The position numbers were made by a program, and so were the translations under genes. Below, piece by piece: positions 36,513 through 46,805 of a DNA stretch of 64,000 bases. The stretch is taken from contig CAVYZQ010000034.1 of assembly GCA_963772995.1 (NCBI GenBank), positions 47,050-111,049 on the forward strand, given 5' to 3'. The notes beneath the pieces are model-generated. The model did no database searches. It saw only the letters and a program-made list of their open reading frames with translations, and was not told where the DNA came from. Source of the stretch: an uncultured Chloroflexia bacterium (GTDB taxonomy: Bacteria > Chloroflexota > Limnocylindria > Limnocylindrales > CSP1-4). Every line of letters begins with the position of its first letter. Within the stretch, counting starts at the first letter, position 1.

Positions 36513-37855
36513 ATGCAGACTTCGACGCGCTCAGCCACCGTGATCGGTGGCGGCTACGTCGGCCTCGTCACGGCCGTCGGGCTCGCCGGGCTCGGGCAAC
36601 AGGTTCGCCTCGTCGAGGCCGCGCCCGGGCGATTGGCGGCCCTCCGTGCCGGCCGGATCCCGATCCACGAAACGGGGCTCCAGGAGGGCTTCGATGCGGC
36701 CGTCGCAGCCGGACGGCTGTCCGTCCACGACGTCCCGCCGGATGCACCTGGCATCGTCCTGGTGTGCGTCGGGACGCCGATCGGCGATGACGGCCTGAGC
36801 GACCTTCGCCAGATCGACACTGTGCTGGCCGAGCTCGCGGTGATCCTCGGATCCGTCCGACATCGTCGTCATCCGCAGCACGCTGCCGGTCGGCGGGACG
36901 TGGCGGGCCGTGCTCGACGCCGGGCTGCCGACGAGCCGGACCTTCACGAACCCGGAATTCCTGCGCCAGGGCACCGCGGTCGACGATTTCGCCAATCCGA
37001 CCCGGGTCGTCATCGGCAGGTTCCCGGACGCGGACACCGACGCCCTCGATGAGGTGCTGGCGCTGTACGCGCCGCTCGCCGGGCCGCGCCTCATCGTCGA
37101 CGTCGAGGCGGCCGAGATCATCAAGAACGCCGCCAACGCCTTCCTCGCCCTCAAGCTGTCCTTCACGAACGAGGTCGCCAGCCTGTGCGAGGAGGCCGGG
37201 GCTGACGTCGACGAGGTCCTCGCCGGGATCGGGGCGGACCCGCGGATCGGGCGCACGTACATGCATCCGAGCTTCGGGTTCGGCGGCGAGCTGCCTGCCC
37301 AAGGAGCTGACCACGCTCGCCGTCGCTGGGCGCACGCTCGGGCTGCCGATGTACGTCACGGCGGCGGCGTCGGCGGCCAACCTTTCCGCGCAGGACCGCT
37401 TCGCCGACCGCGTGGCCGAGGCGGTCGGAGGGCTCCCGGGCCGGACCATCGGCCTCCTCGGGCTCGCGTTCAAGGCCGGCACCGACGACATCCGGGAGTC
37501 GCCGGCGGTCCGCCTCGCCTCTCGCCTCCTCGAGGGCGGCGCGACGGTCCGGGCGTTCGACCCGGCGGCCGGTGCCAACGCCGCGGCGGCTCTTCCGGCC
37601 CTCGACATCGTGGATGACCCCGATGTCGCCGTCGCCGGCGCGGATGCGGTGGTCATCGCCACCGAGTGGCCGGCCTTCCGCGACCTGCCTTGGGACCGCT
37701 GGATCGACGAGGTCGCACGGCCGATCGTCCTCGACGGCCGGCGGCTGCTCGACGCCTCTGCCCTGCGCTCGCTGGGCTGGACCGTCATCCAGCTCGGCGA
37801 CGGCCGGGATCTGGCGAGCGTGACCGTTGCGCCAGCGCGAGGAGCCGGATCCTAG
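36513..37855 (+). CDS. ugd: UDP-glucose/GDP-mannose 6-dehydrogenase with two frame breaks (~36845, ~37290)
   Basis: ATVIGGGYVGLVTAVGLA (Rossmann), ..VLVCVGTP.., ..NPEFLRQGTAVDDF.., EAAEIIKNAANAFLALKLSFTNE, GADPRIG..PSFGFGG(S)CLPKE (catalytic Cys), LGLAFKAGTDDIRESPA. Confidence 0.85.
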
Positions 37856-37951
37856 CGAGAGGCCACGTGACGTGCGGGGTCGAGCGACGGCAGCGAACTT
37901 CGAGCAGTCCCGGACGATGCGGCGGCTTCAGCCGCGACCGGTCGTCCGCGG

Positions 37952-39124
37952 TCAGCGGAACGTTGACGTGACCTTCGTTCCCTTCGGCACGACCTGCACG
38001 AAGACCGGGCCGCGAACCAGCGCGATCTCGGCTCCCGAGGCGTCGTAGAACCGGGTCAAGCCGCCTTCGTCCACCTTCTTCCAGGTGGCCTTGATCCGCT
38101 CCCCGTCGCGGAAGACCATGGCATCACCTGACCCGATCTGGTCGAGGACCGGTCGAGCGTAGCCTGGCTCCGAGTCGGGGTCGATGGACAACCGCATGAA
38201 GAGAACGATCACATTCCGGGCGACGACCCGCTTGTTGTCGGCCGCGTCGACGTGCGCTCGCCCCGCGATCGACCGCAGATAGGCATTCGACTTCGGATCG
38301 TAGGAGTACCCGATGGTTCCGGTGCGATACGGGATCGTGATCGAACCTGATCCAGGCCGCTCGCCGTCCGGCCGGTCCTCCTTGAACGTCCAGATCGGCA
38401 GGCCGGCCACCATCGCCGACGGGGCGCCGAGGCGGGTGGCGACCTTGCGGTAGACCCGCGTCGAGGTATAGGCGTTGTGCGGCGCGGACCGGGTCTTGAC
38501 GCGGTGGTACGCCCCGCCGCCGTCCCGCAGCGCGTCGACGTCGTAGATCAGCCGCCCGTCCATCGCCGGGATGATCTTCTGGAAGGTCTTCGCATCGCCA
38601 CCGAAGTGCCCGAACGCGGACCTGAACTCGGCCGCCCAGCGGATGAAGTAGGGCCGGCCGCTCCGGACCGGACCGACTAGCGGTGAGTCCCGCTCCTGGA
38701 AGACGAGCATGTAGCGGTCCTCGCCGCCGTCCGCCGGGGCCTGGTAGACGATCGACGCCGCGTTGAAGCCCGCCTGCGGCCGAGCCGGGATGTTGTCGTC
38801 GATCATGATCGCGAGCGGCAGCCGGGTCGCATCCAGGGACGACATCCGGACACCGTCGAGCGGCGCGATGCCGGCCGGCCAGTCCACGGGCGTCGCGCTC
38901 GGACTTGGCGGCGGGCTCTCCGTGCTCGATGGTGCCGGCGTCGTGGTGGGGGCGGGCGCGGATGCCAGGGTCGGACCAGGAGACACGGTGGGGTCGGGGG
39001 ACGCGGCGGACACGACCTCACTCGCGCTGGGCGAGGGCGACGGGGAAGCGTTGCACCCCGTGGCGACGGCCGCGAGGAGCACGAAGGTGGTGAGCGAGCG
39101 TGTGAAACGCGACCCGGCAGACAC
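37952..39124 (-). CDS. DUF3048-domain lipoprotein
   Basis: GTG 39124. Lipobox LLAAVATGC. Pro/Ser/Thr linker. PLAIMIDDNIPARPQAGFNAASIVYQAPADGGEDRYMLVF. Confidence 0.75.
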   Translation of the reverse strand: MSAGSRFTRSLTTFVLLAAVATGCNASPSPSPSASEVVSAASPDPTVSPGPTLASAPAPTTTPAPSSTESPPPSPSATPVDWPAGIAPLDGVRMSSLDATRLPLAIMIDDNIPARPQAGFNAASIVYQAPADGGEDRYMLVFQERDSPLVGPVRSGRPYFIRWAAEFRSAFGHFGGDAKTFQKIIPAMDGRLIYDVDALRDGGGAYHRVKTRSAPHNAYTSTRVYRKVATRLGAPSAMVAGLPIWTFKEDRPDGERPGSGSITIPYRTGTIGYSYDPKSNAYLRSIAGRAHVDAADNKRVVARNVIVLFMRLSIDPDSEPGYARPVLDQIGSGDAMVFRDGERIKATWKKVDEGGLTRFYDASGAEIALVRGPVFVQVVPKGTKVTSTFR

Positions 39125-39129
39125 CGCGG

Positions 39130-40602
39130 CTAGTTCGGCACGGGCGGAGCCGACCCAGGGGGACCGCTCTTGTACGCGCTGTCGGCTCCGAACACCCTGA
39201 TCGACATGGCCGCCCACTTCTTGAAGTCGATCTGGAGGATGTATGTCCCGCCGGTCTCGCTCATCGGTGGGTGGATCGCGTACGGTGGCCCGAGGACATG
39301 CCGATCGATCGCCTTGTCCGAAACGCTGTTCGCCAGCTCCAGGTATTCGCGGACCTGGTCGGGCGGGAAATCGGTGCGAATCGTCTTGCCCGCGACCTTC
39401 AGGAGGTCTGGCAGCTTCTCGAGGAGGCCCGCCGTACCGAGCTTGGCCCGGAGGGCGACCAGCACCTGCTGTTGGCGTGCGGCCCTGGTGAAGTCGTTGT
39501 CGCCTGCGCCCTGGCGGGATCGGACGTAGGCGAGAGCCGTCCGGCCATCGAGGTGGTGTTTTCCCGCAGACAGCCTGAAGCCCTGGGTCCCATCGAACCA
39601 GTCGTACAACGGATCGTTGATCGGATTCGGGTTGACCACGTCGACGCCGCCCACGAGGTCGACCATCTTCTGGAAGCCTTCGAGGTTGATGGCGGCGTAG
39701 TAGTTGATCGGGACGCCGAGCAGGTAGCCGATCTCGCGGGTGAGCGTGAGCACAGGTCCGTCCGGGAAGCGCCTCGGATCAAGGCGCGCCGCGGTCATCA
39801 GCGAGTTGATCTTGCCGCGGAACGTCCCGCCCGAGTACAGCGGGAAGTTCGAGATGTCACGCGGGATGCTGAGCAGGACGGCAGTCTTGGCGTCGCGATC
39901 CACGCTCCCGACGAGGAGCGTGTCGGTCAGGGCATGGTCGCGGTCGTGGCCCGAGTCCACGCCAGTGAGCAGGATCGTCGTTCGATCCGCGGTCGGCGGA
40001 GGCAGGGTCGTTGGAGGTGGGGCGAAGCCGCCATCGTCCGACGGGATGGCGGACGGAGCGGCAGTCGCATCGGCATTTGGGCTCGCAGCGGGCGCATCGG
40101 TCGCTGCTGGCGCCCCGGTCGCGGCGGGCGCTCCGGCCGCGTTGGGCATCGGCCCGTCCGCCCGGAAGATCTGGCTCCCCGCATCGAAGAACGCCCAGGC
40201 GTAGTACCCCGCCACGCCATGCGGGATCACGACGGCGAGCGCGAGAACGACGATGACGATAACGACCTGCGGAGAGAGTGGCCGGTCGCGGGGCGACGCC
40301 TTGACGGCCGCGTGACCGATCGCCGCGATGCGCCACAGGCCGAGCGACGCGATGACGGCAAGAGCCGTCAGCGCGAAGGACGGGTCGATGAGCTGCGCGG
40401 CGAAGAACTGGATCCCGCCCACGGACTGGACGGCGACGAGCCCGATGAGTGCCAGCACCGGGATCCCGAATACGGCCGCCGCGCGTCGCCTGTGCAGATA
40501 GAGCTGGCCCGCGCCCGGAAACAGGAACGACAGGAACCCGGCGACCGTCGGGGACGAAGGGGTCACGGAGGCGTGGCGAGATGCGGCCGTCGGTTCGCTC
40601 AA
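39130..40602 (-). CDS. LytR-CpsA-Psr (LCP) family glycopolymer-peptidoglycan ligase with N-terminal TM region
   Basis: ILLTGVDSGHDRDHALTDTLLVGSVDRDAKTAVLLSIPRD..., LDGRTALAYVRSRQGAGDNDFTRAARQQQV. Start is TTG 40602 or GTG 40566. The upstream part of the listed ORF is junk. Confidence 0.8.
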   Translation of the reverse strand: MSEPTAASRHASVTPSSPTVAGFLSFLFPGAGQLYLHRRRAAAVFGIPVLALIGLVAVQSVGGIQFFAAQLIDPSFALTALAVIASLGLWRIAAIGHAAVKASPRDRPLSPQVVIVIVVLALAVVIPHGVAGYYAWAFFDAGSQIFRADGPMPNAAGAPAATGAPAATDAPAASPNADATAAPSAIPSDDGGFAPPPTTLPPPTADRTTILLTGVDSGHDRDHALTDTLLVGSVDRDAKTAVLLSIPRDISNFPLYSGGTFRGKINSLMTAARLDPRRFPDGPVLTLTREIGYLLGVPINYYAAINLEGFQKMVDLVGGVDVVNPNPINDPLYDWFDGTQGFRLSAGKHHLDGRTALAYVRSRQGAGDNDFTRAARQQQVLVALRAKLGTAGLLEKLPDLLKVAGKTIRTDFPPDQVREYLELANSVSDKAIDRHVLGPPYAIHPPMSETGGTYILQIDFKKWAAMSIRVFGADSAYKSGPPGSAPPVPN

Positions 40603-40727
40603 GGCCGCGACACGATAGCACCGACCGTCGAATTGGCACGGGGTTGATATGCGTGCTTGGTCGGCTACTATCAGCCGGGCAGACGAGAAGCGACCGCATC
40701 TGACGGTCCGAGAGGGGTCAAGGCCCA

Positions 40728-42137
40728 ATGATCCGACGGTACGGGCTTGCGTTCCGCGGGCTCCTCGCCATCGCAGACGCGACGACCGCGGTGGGGCTTC
40801 TGTTCCTCGTGGTCGCGATCCGGTTCGGGTCCACGTCGCCTGACCGGGACCTCGAATTCGCGTTCGACGATCCGTGGATCGCGGTGACCGGCTATGCCGT
40901 CCTGTGGCCGTTCGTCCTGTGGACCCAGGGCCTCTACCGCCACCGCGCACGGTGGACCGTTCGGTCGGAGCTGGGCGACGTCGGTCGCGCGACGGTGATC
41001 TTCGCAGCCATCGTCCTCAGCCTCCTCTTCGCCACGAAACACTCGGACGCCAGCCGGCTTGTGCTGATCGTCCTCTTCCCGCTCCTGGCCGTGGGGGCGC
41101 TGACGACCCGCCTCGTGCTGCGGAACGTGCTGATTCAATTGCGCACGCGTGGCCGCAACACTCGACTCCTGCTCGTTCTCGGCACGACACCGGAGAGCGA
41201 GGCGTTCGCCGACCTGGTGGACTCCCATCCATCGCTCGGGCTCCAGGTCATCGGGCATCTCTCCGAGCGCCCGGATGGGCCGTCCACGACCACGCGACCG
41301 ACGCTCGGAACCCTCGATGACCTCGAAGCGATCCTGCACGATCGGGTCGTCGACGAGGTGGCCATCTGCCTCCCTTACACTGAGGCGTCGCGGATCGAGG
41401 AGATCGCGGGGCTCTGCGAGGAGGAAGGGAAGATCGTGCAAATCCCGATGCCCTTCGTCGGGCGCACGATCGCCACGGCCAGGGCCGAGGAATTCGGCGG
41501 CGTCCTCATCTATTCGATCCTGTCCGGACCCGACCGAGTCGCAGGCCTGCTGGGGAAACGGATCTTCGACATCGTCGGCGGCACACTGATCGCGGTCCTT
41601 CTGACCCCGCTGATGGTCGTGATCTCCGCCTGGATCGTGCTCGACTCGCGCGGACCGGTCGTGTTCCGTCAGCGGCGCGTGGGCCTCCACGGGCGGACGT
41701 TCGACGTCTACAAGTTCCGGACCATGACGGTCGACGCCGAGGGGCGGCTCGAGGAGCTCCGCCACCTCAATGAGATCCACGGGAACGCCTTCAAGATGAC
41801 GAGGGACCCTCGGGTGACCCGCGCCGGCCGGTGGCTCCGGAGGACCTCCCTGGACGAGCTCCCGCAGCTGCTCAACGTCCTGCGTGGCGACATGAGCCTG
41901 GTCGGCCCGCGACCACCGCTACCGTCGGAGGTGGCGGGCTATGACGTGTGGCACCGTCGACGTCTTTCGATGCGGCCGGGGATGACCGGCCTTTGGCAGG
42001 TGAGCGCCCGACGCGAGCCAGACTTCGACCGGTGGGTCGATGCCGACCTCGAGTATATCGACCGATGGTCGCTGTGGCTCGACATGCGGATCATCCTCAG
42101 GACCATCCCGGCCATGTTGGGGCGGGAAGGCCATTGA
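40728..42137 (+). CDS. polyprenyl-phosphate hexose-1-phosphate transferase (WbaP/EpsB-type initiating sugar transferase)
   Basis: ATG 40728 lies behind GAGAGGGG. 4-5 N-terminal TM spans. KRIFDIVGG..., RRVGLHGRTFDVYKFRTM, DELPQLLNVLRGDMSLVGPRP. Confidence 0.88.
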   Translation: MIRRYGLAFRGLLAIADATTAVGLLFLVVAIRFGSTSPDRDLEFAFDDPWIAVTGYAVLWPFVLWTQGLYRHRARWTVRSELGDVGRATVIFAAIVLSLLFATKHSDASRLVLIVLFPLLAVGALTTRLVLRNVLIQLRTRGRNTRLLLVLGTTPESEAFADLVDSHPSLGLQVIGHLSERPDGPSTTTRPTLGTLDDLEAILHDRVVDEVAICLPYTEASRIEEIAGLCEEEGKIVQIPMPFVGRTIATARAEEFGGVLIYSILSGPDRVAGLLGKRIFDIVGGTLIAVLLTPLMVVISAWIVLDSRGPVVFRQRRVGLHGRTFDVYKFRTMTVDAEGRLEELRHLNEIHGNAFKMTRDPRVTRAGRWLRRTSLDELPQLLNVLRGDMSLVGPRPPLPSEVAGYDVWHRRRLSMRPGMTGLWQVSARREPDFDRWVDADLEYIDRWSLWLDMRIILRTIPAMLGREGH

Positions 42138-42301
42138 GACCTTGCGCCTCCCTGTCCGTGAGCGAGCAGACGCTGTCCGACGTCTTCAGATCGAGGTCCT
42201 GGCGCGTCACGAAGCCACTTCGAGCGCTGGGTCGGGCGATGCGGCGTTGATGGAACGGAAGTCAGTCGGCCGAACGAGGTGAACTTGTATGCTCCCTCGA
42301 C

Positions 42302-43208
42302 ATGGACGTCGCCACAGACACCGCCGTCCTCATGGCCAGCCACGATGGAGCGCGGTTCCTCGCAAGACAGATCGAATTCGATACTGAGCCAGTCGCTCCT
42401 GCCGGCGGTGCTGAAGATCGTGGACGATGCCTCGACGGACGGATCGCGCAAGCTTATCCGTGATATCGCCAATTCGGCACCGATCCCGATCGAACTTCTG
42501 ACCGTCGACGGATCCGGATACACCGACATCAAGAGCCGCGTCACGGCCTCGTTCGTGCATGGTCTGCTGGCCTTGGCATCATTCCAGTTCGTCATGCTGG
42601 CTGACCACGATGACGAGTGGCTCCCCGATCGCCTGATTCGTCAACGCGATATCCTTGGTGCCAGCCCGGACGTCCTCCTCGTCGCGGGCGACGCGATTCT
42701 GATCGACGAATCCGGGGCGGAAATCGGCGGCAATCTGCGCGACCGGTTCCCGCCACCCGCGGACTGGGACGAGTTGGATGCCAAGCAGCGCGTCCGGGCC
42801 GTGATTCGTCAGCCGTTCGTTGCCGGGGCTACGTGCGCACTGCGACAGGAGCTGATCGCGTTGATGGTGCCGGTGCCTCGTCGATGGTTCCTCGACCGTT
42901 GGGCGACCCTTGTCGCGACAGCACGGAATGGTCTCGTGCTCCAGCCAGAGACGGTGATCCGATATCGGATCCATCCGGGTCAGGTGCTCGGCGATCGCCA
43001 GGCTGCCGGACCGGCGGCCAGCCGACGATGGCAGCGGATCGTCGCTCGGGGCGGAAGTCCCTTTGAGGCGGCCGTGCGCGCACGTGATGTCGTCCGTCGG
43101 ATCAGGCCGCTGGCCCTCGATGCGACCGTCCGAGACGAACTGTCCTGGCGTTCGCTGGTGAGGGCCGCGGTGGAGCGAACCGATCCCACCGCTCCCCGAG
43201 CGTCGTGA
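42302..43208 (+). CDS. family-2 glycosyltransferase with one frame break near 42373
   Basis: MDVATDTAVLMASHDGARFLARQIE | SILSQSLLPAVLKIVDDASTDGS ... MLADHDDEW (DxD). The N-terminal 24 codons are in a different frame from ORF 42279..43208. Confidence 0.75.
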
Positions 43209-43263
43209 CGCTGGCCGATCGCGATGTGGCCGCCCCGGTCCGACTGGAGCGGAGTGAGCGGCG

Positions 43264-44144
43264 ATGACTCGTTCAGCACGAGGGCGGGGCTTGCGGCCTG
43301 AGCCTGGTCGAGATCGCTCCGTCAAGACAGCGGAGCCCCGGCCGCGTGCCACGGTCTGGTCGCAGCGGTCGCTCATCTGGAACTTCGCCCGTCGCGATCT
43401 GAAATCACGCTTCAAGGGGACGGCGTTCGGGTGGGCGTGGTCACTCATGGTCCCGCTCGCCACCGTGATCATCTACAGCATCGTCTTCTCGGTGATCTTC
43501 CGGGCGTCGCCACCCGACTTCGGAAGCGGGCGGCCCGGAAACTTCACCGTGTGGTTGATGGTGGGCCTCGTCCCGTGGACCTTCTTCCTGATCGCCGTCA
43601 ACATCGCGATCCCGACCTTGCTCGCCAACGGGCCGCTCCTCCAGAAGATCTACTTCCCGGCGTTCGCGCCGGTCCTGGGAGCGACTCTGGCCGTGCTCGT
43701 CCAGACGATGATCGAATTCGGCATCCTCGCGGTGATCCTGGTGATCTTCGGAGAGATCGGCCCGACGTGGCTGCTCTTCCCCGTATGGCTCTGTCTGTTC
43801 GTCATATTCGTCAATGGGGTCGCCACGTCGCTCGCCATCCTCAATGTCTTCGCGAGGGACCTCGCCCACATCACGGCCGTCGCCCTGCAGTTGCTGTTCT
43901 TCCTGACGCCGATCATCTATCCGATAATCCTCGTTCCGGAGCAGTGGCACGGATCCCACTCCGTGCGATCGTCCAAGCGAACCCACTGTCGCTGTTCATC
44001 GAGAGCCTTCGGGCGCTCGTCTACGGCCTGACGCTGCCGGATCCGTCCTTCTGGCTCCTGATGCTCCTCTGGACCATCATCTCCGCGTCGATCGCGGCGA
44101 TCGTCTACCAGCGCCGCGGACAGGACATCGGAGAGTCGATATGA
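43264..44144 (+). CDS. wzm: ABC-2 type polysaccharide export permease (Wzm/TagG-like) with one frame break near 43950
   Basis: LIWNFARRDLKSRFKGTAFGWAWSLMVPL..; 6 TM spans. The tail ..PLRAIVQANPLSLFIESLRALVYG.. lies in the frame of ORF 43431..44144. Confidence 0.8.
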
Positions 44145-45424
44145 CGCCGATCGCGATCCAGGCGGACCACCTGTCCAAACGGTTCTGGCTGCACACGGAG
44201 CGTCGCACCTCGCTCAAGGAGCGGCTCGTTCGCGGGCGGCCGCCCGAAGCCCGCGAGTTCTGGGCCCTCCGCGACGCGTCCTTCTCGATCGAACGCGGCA
44301 GCACCTTCGGCCTGGTCGGTCACAACGGCTCGGGGAAGTCGACGACCCTCAAGGTGCTGGCCGGCATCTACCGGCCGACCAGCGGGCGCGTGATGGTGAG
44401 TGGTCGCGTCTCGGCATTGCTCGAGCTCGGGGCCGGGTTCCACGGGGAGCTGACCGGACGCGAGAACATCCGTCTCAACGGCGCCATCCTGGGCATGTCC
44501 GGACGACAGATCGATGCCGCCATGGACCGGATCATCGACTTCGCCGGGATCGGCGAGTTCATCGATTCGCCGGTGAAGGTCTATTCGAGCGGGATGTTCG
44601 TACGTCTCGGGTTCGCCATCGCGGTGTCGCTCGACCCAGAGATCCTTATCGTGGACGAGGTCATCGCCGTCGGCGACGAGGAGTTCCAGCGGAAGTGCTT
44701 CGATCACCTGTTCGAGCTCCGGAAGCGCGGGACCACGATCGTCCTGGTCACCCATGCGCTGGGCCTGATCGGGGACATGTGCGACCGGGCCGCCTGGCTC
44801 GATCACGGTGTGGTCCAGGAGATCGGCCCGGCGCGTGATGTGGTCGACAGCTACCTGCGCAGCGTCAACGAACACGAGGCCCAGGCACGGGAAGACGCCC
44901 AGGTCTCGACGCCGATCGCGACCGTAGCCGACGGCCCGACACGGCTGGGAACCGGCGAGATCCGGATTCGAAAGTTGGAGACGCTCGACGGCGACGCGAA
45001 CCCCGTGCCGATGCTGATGGCCGGCGCGCCGTGCATCTTCCGGCTCCACTACACCGCCGCAACCGAGATCGACCAGGCGGTCTTCGGGATCGGCTTCCTG
45101 CACGAGTCCGGCGCGAACGTCGCCGGGCCGAACTCCGGCCGGACAGGTGCCCGCCCGGTGCCGGCGGGCGACGGATACGTCGACTTTCTGGTCCCCGAGC
45201 TACTCCTGCAGCCGGCAACCTACCAGGTCAGCACGGCGATCGTGGACCGCGGACACATGTACGACTACGCTGACCGAGAATTCGACGTGCGGGTCCGGGC
45301 GACGGGCGAACAGGAACCCGGCCTGACCCGGATGCCCGGCACCTGGACCGCGCCCGTATCCGAGCGATCCTTGGTCGTCGCGGCATCCAGGTCGCATGGG
45401 AGGGCCGAAGTTGCTGAGCGGTGA
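44141..45424 (+). CDS. wzt: polysaccharide ABC exporter ATPase with a C-terminal glycan-cap-binding (Wzt_C-like) domain
   Basis: ATGA overlap with wzm. GHNGSGKST (Walker A), YSSGMFVRL (signature), ILIVDE (Walker B). An extra ~170 aa of beta-rich C-terminus follows: GTGEIRIRKLETLDGD..IFRLHY... Confidence 0.85.
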   Translation: MTPIAIQADHLSKRFWLHTERRTSLKERLVRGRPPEAREFWALRDASFSIERGSTFGLVGHNGSGKSTTLKVLAGIYRPTSGRVMVSGRVSALLELGAGFHGELTGRENIRLNGAILGMSGRQIDAAMDRIIDFAGIGEFIDSPVKVYSSGMFVRLGFAIAVSLDPEILIVDEVIAVGDEEFQRKCFDHLFELRKRGTTIVLVTHALGLIGDMCDRAAWLDHGVVQEIGPARDVVDSYLRSVNEHEAQAREDAQVSTPIATVADGPTRLGTGEIRIRKLETLDGDANPVPMLMAGAPCIFRLHYTAATEIDQAVFGIGFLHESGANVAGPNSGRTGARPVPAGDGYVDFLVPELLLQPATYQVSTAIVDRGHMYDYADREFDVRVRATGEQEPGLTRMPGTWTAPVSERSLVVAASRSHGRAEVAER

Positions 45425-46805
45425 GTCGGTCGCGACCGTCCTATATGCGCTTGCGACCGGGTTCCCGGATCGCGCCATCAACGTGGTCGCCATGTCGACC
45501 AAGATCGACGAGCCAGAACGAGCGGTCCTCTGGACGGCGTTGACGTTGAGTGACGACCGCTCCGAGCAGGCTCGTCGGTTTGGCGACGCGCTTCGATCGC
45601 TCGGTGCCCCCCCTGCCTCGGTGAATGACGCTTACCGGTCGGCCTTCTACTCCGGCGACGCGTGGAAGTCGCTCTCGGACAACCCACTGTTCGCCTACTT
45701 CTCGGCGAACCGCGGCGGCAGCCCGCTGGACAAGTGGGTCCACTACTTCCCGATCTACGAACGACACCTCGCCGCGTATCGCGACTCGCCGGCACGCGTG
45801 CTCGAGATCGGCGTCTACCGGGGGGGTGGCCTGGAAATGCTCCGCCACTACCTCGGTCCGACAGCGCGGATCGTCGGCATCGACATCGATCCCTCTTCCC
45901 GATCAGCCGCGGGGCGAGAGGTCGTCGAGATCGGCGACCAGGAGGATCCGGTGTTCCTGACGAGTGTCGTCGAGCGACATGGGCCCTTCGACATCGTCAT
46001 CGACGACGGCGGTCACACGATGCGCCAGCAGATCCGCTCCATCGAGACCCTCTTTCCGCTGCTCGCCGATGGTGGCGTTTACCTGGTCGAGGACTGCCAC
46101 ACATCGTATTGGACGCCGTACCTCGATCCCGACGACCCGGCGGCGACGTTCGTCGGCTGGGTCAAGGATCGGCTCGACGACCTGCACGCCTACCACCATT
46201 CGACCGAGCTCGACCTCACGGCGCCATGGCAGACGGACCTGGCGGCGGTCCACGCGTACGACAGCGTGATCGTCCTGGATAGGGCGCGGCGCCACGCCCC
46301 GTTCAGCGAAGTGGCCGGGACCAGCGACTACATCAACACGGGCCGGGAATCGAGCATCATCAACATCGAGTTGATGGCGACCCGACAGGTGGCGCTGGAG
46401 CGAGCTCGCGAGGCAGAAGAGGACGCGGCGGGGCGCGTCGCCGATGCCGAGCGCCGGATACGCGAGGCAGAAGAGGACGCGGCGGGGCGCGTCGCCGATG
46501 CCGAGCGCCGGATACACGAGGCAGAAGAGGACGCGGCGGGGCGCGTCGCCGATGCCGAGCACCAGGCACGCGAGGCCGAGCAGGACGCACACGACGAGGT
46601 CCGCATCCTCCGGGCGGAGCTGGTGGCCGCCAACCAGAGCGCCGCGCGTGCCCGAGTCGACTTCGAGGCGACGAAGGAGGAATTGGAGGACACGAGCTCG
46701 AAGCTGCTTGGTAGTTGGGAGATCCTCCGAGAGATGCGTCAGAGCCGTTCGTGGCAGATCACCGCCCCGTTGCGCAGGGCCAAGTCGATCTTTCGGCGGC
46801 GATGA
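45396..46805 (+). CDS. class I SAM-dependent methyltransferase (CmcI / sugar O-methyltransferase-like) fused to a repeat-built coiled coil
   Basis: DKWVHYFPIYERHL..VLEIGVYRGGGLEM..IVGIDIDP..FDIVIDDGGH. Then a 3.3 x 18-aa repeat EAEEDAAGRVADAERRIR and further heptad sequence. Alternative start ATG 45492. Confidence 0.75.
   Translation: MGGPKLLSGESVATVLYALATGFPDRAINVVAMSTKIDEPERAVLWTALTLSDDRSEQARRFGDALRSLGAPPASVNDAYRSAFYSGDAWKSLSDNPLFAYFSANRGGSPLDKWVHYFPIYERHLAAYRDSPARVLEIGVYRGGGLEMLRHYLGPTARIVGIDIDPSSRSAAGREVVEIGDQEDPVFLTSVVERHGPFDIVIDDGGHTMRQQIRSIETLFPLLADGGVYLVEDCHTSYWTPYLDPDDPAATFVGWVKDRLDDLHAYHHSTELDLTAPWQTDLAAVHAYDSVIVLDRARRHAPFSEVAGTSDYINTGRESSIINIELMATRQVALERAREAEEDAAGRVADAERRIREAEEDAAGRVADAERRIHEAEEDAAGRVADAEHQAREAEQDAHDEVRILRAELVAANQSAARARVDFEATKEELEDTSSKLLGSWEILREMRQSRSWQITAPLRRAKSIFRRR
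46407..46590 (+). repeat. in-frame 54-bp tandem repeat x ~3.3 inside the methyltransferase coiled coil
   Basis: The units are 46407-46460, 46461-46514 and 46515-46568, plus a partial fourth. The first two are identical, and the third differs at a few positions. Confidence 0.9.
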
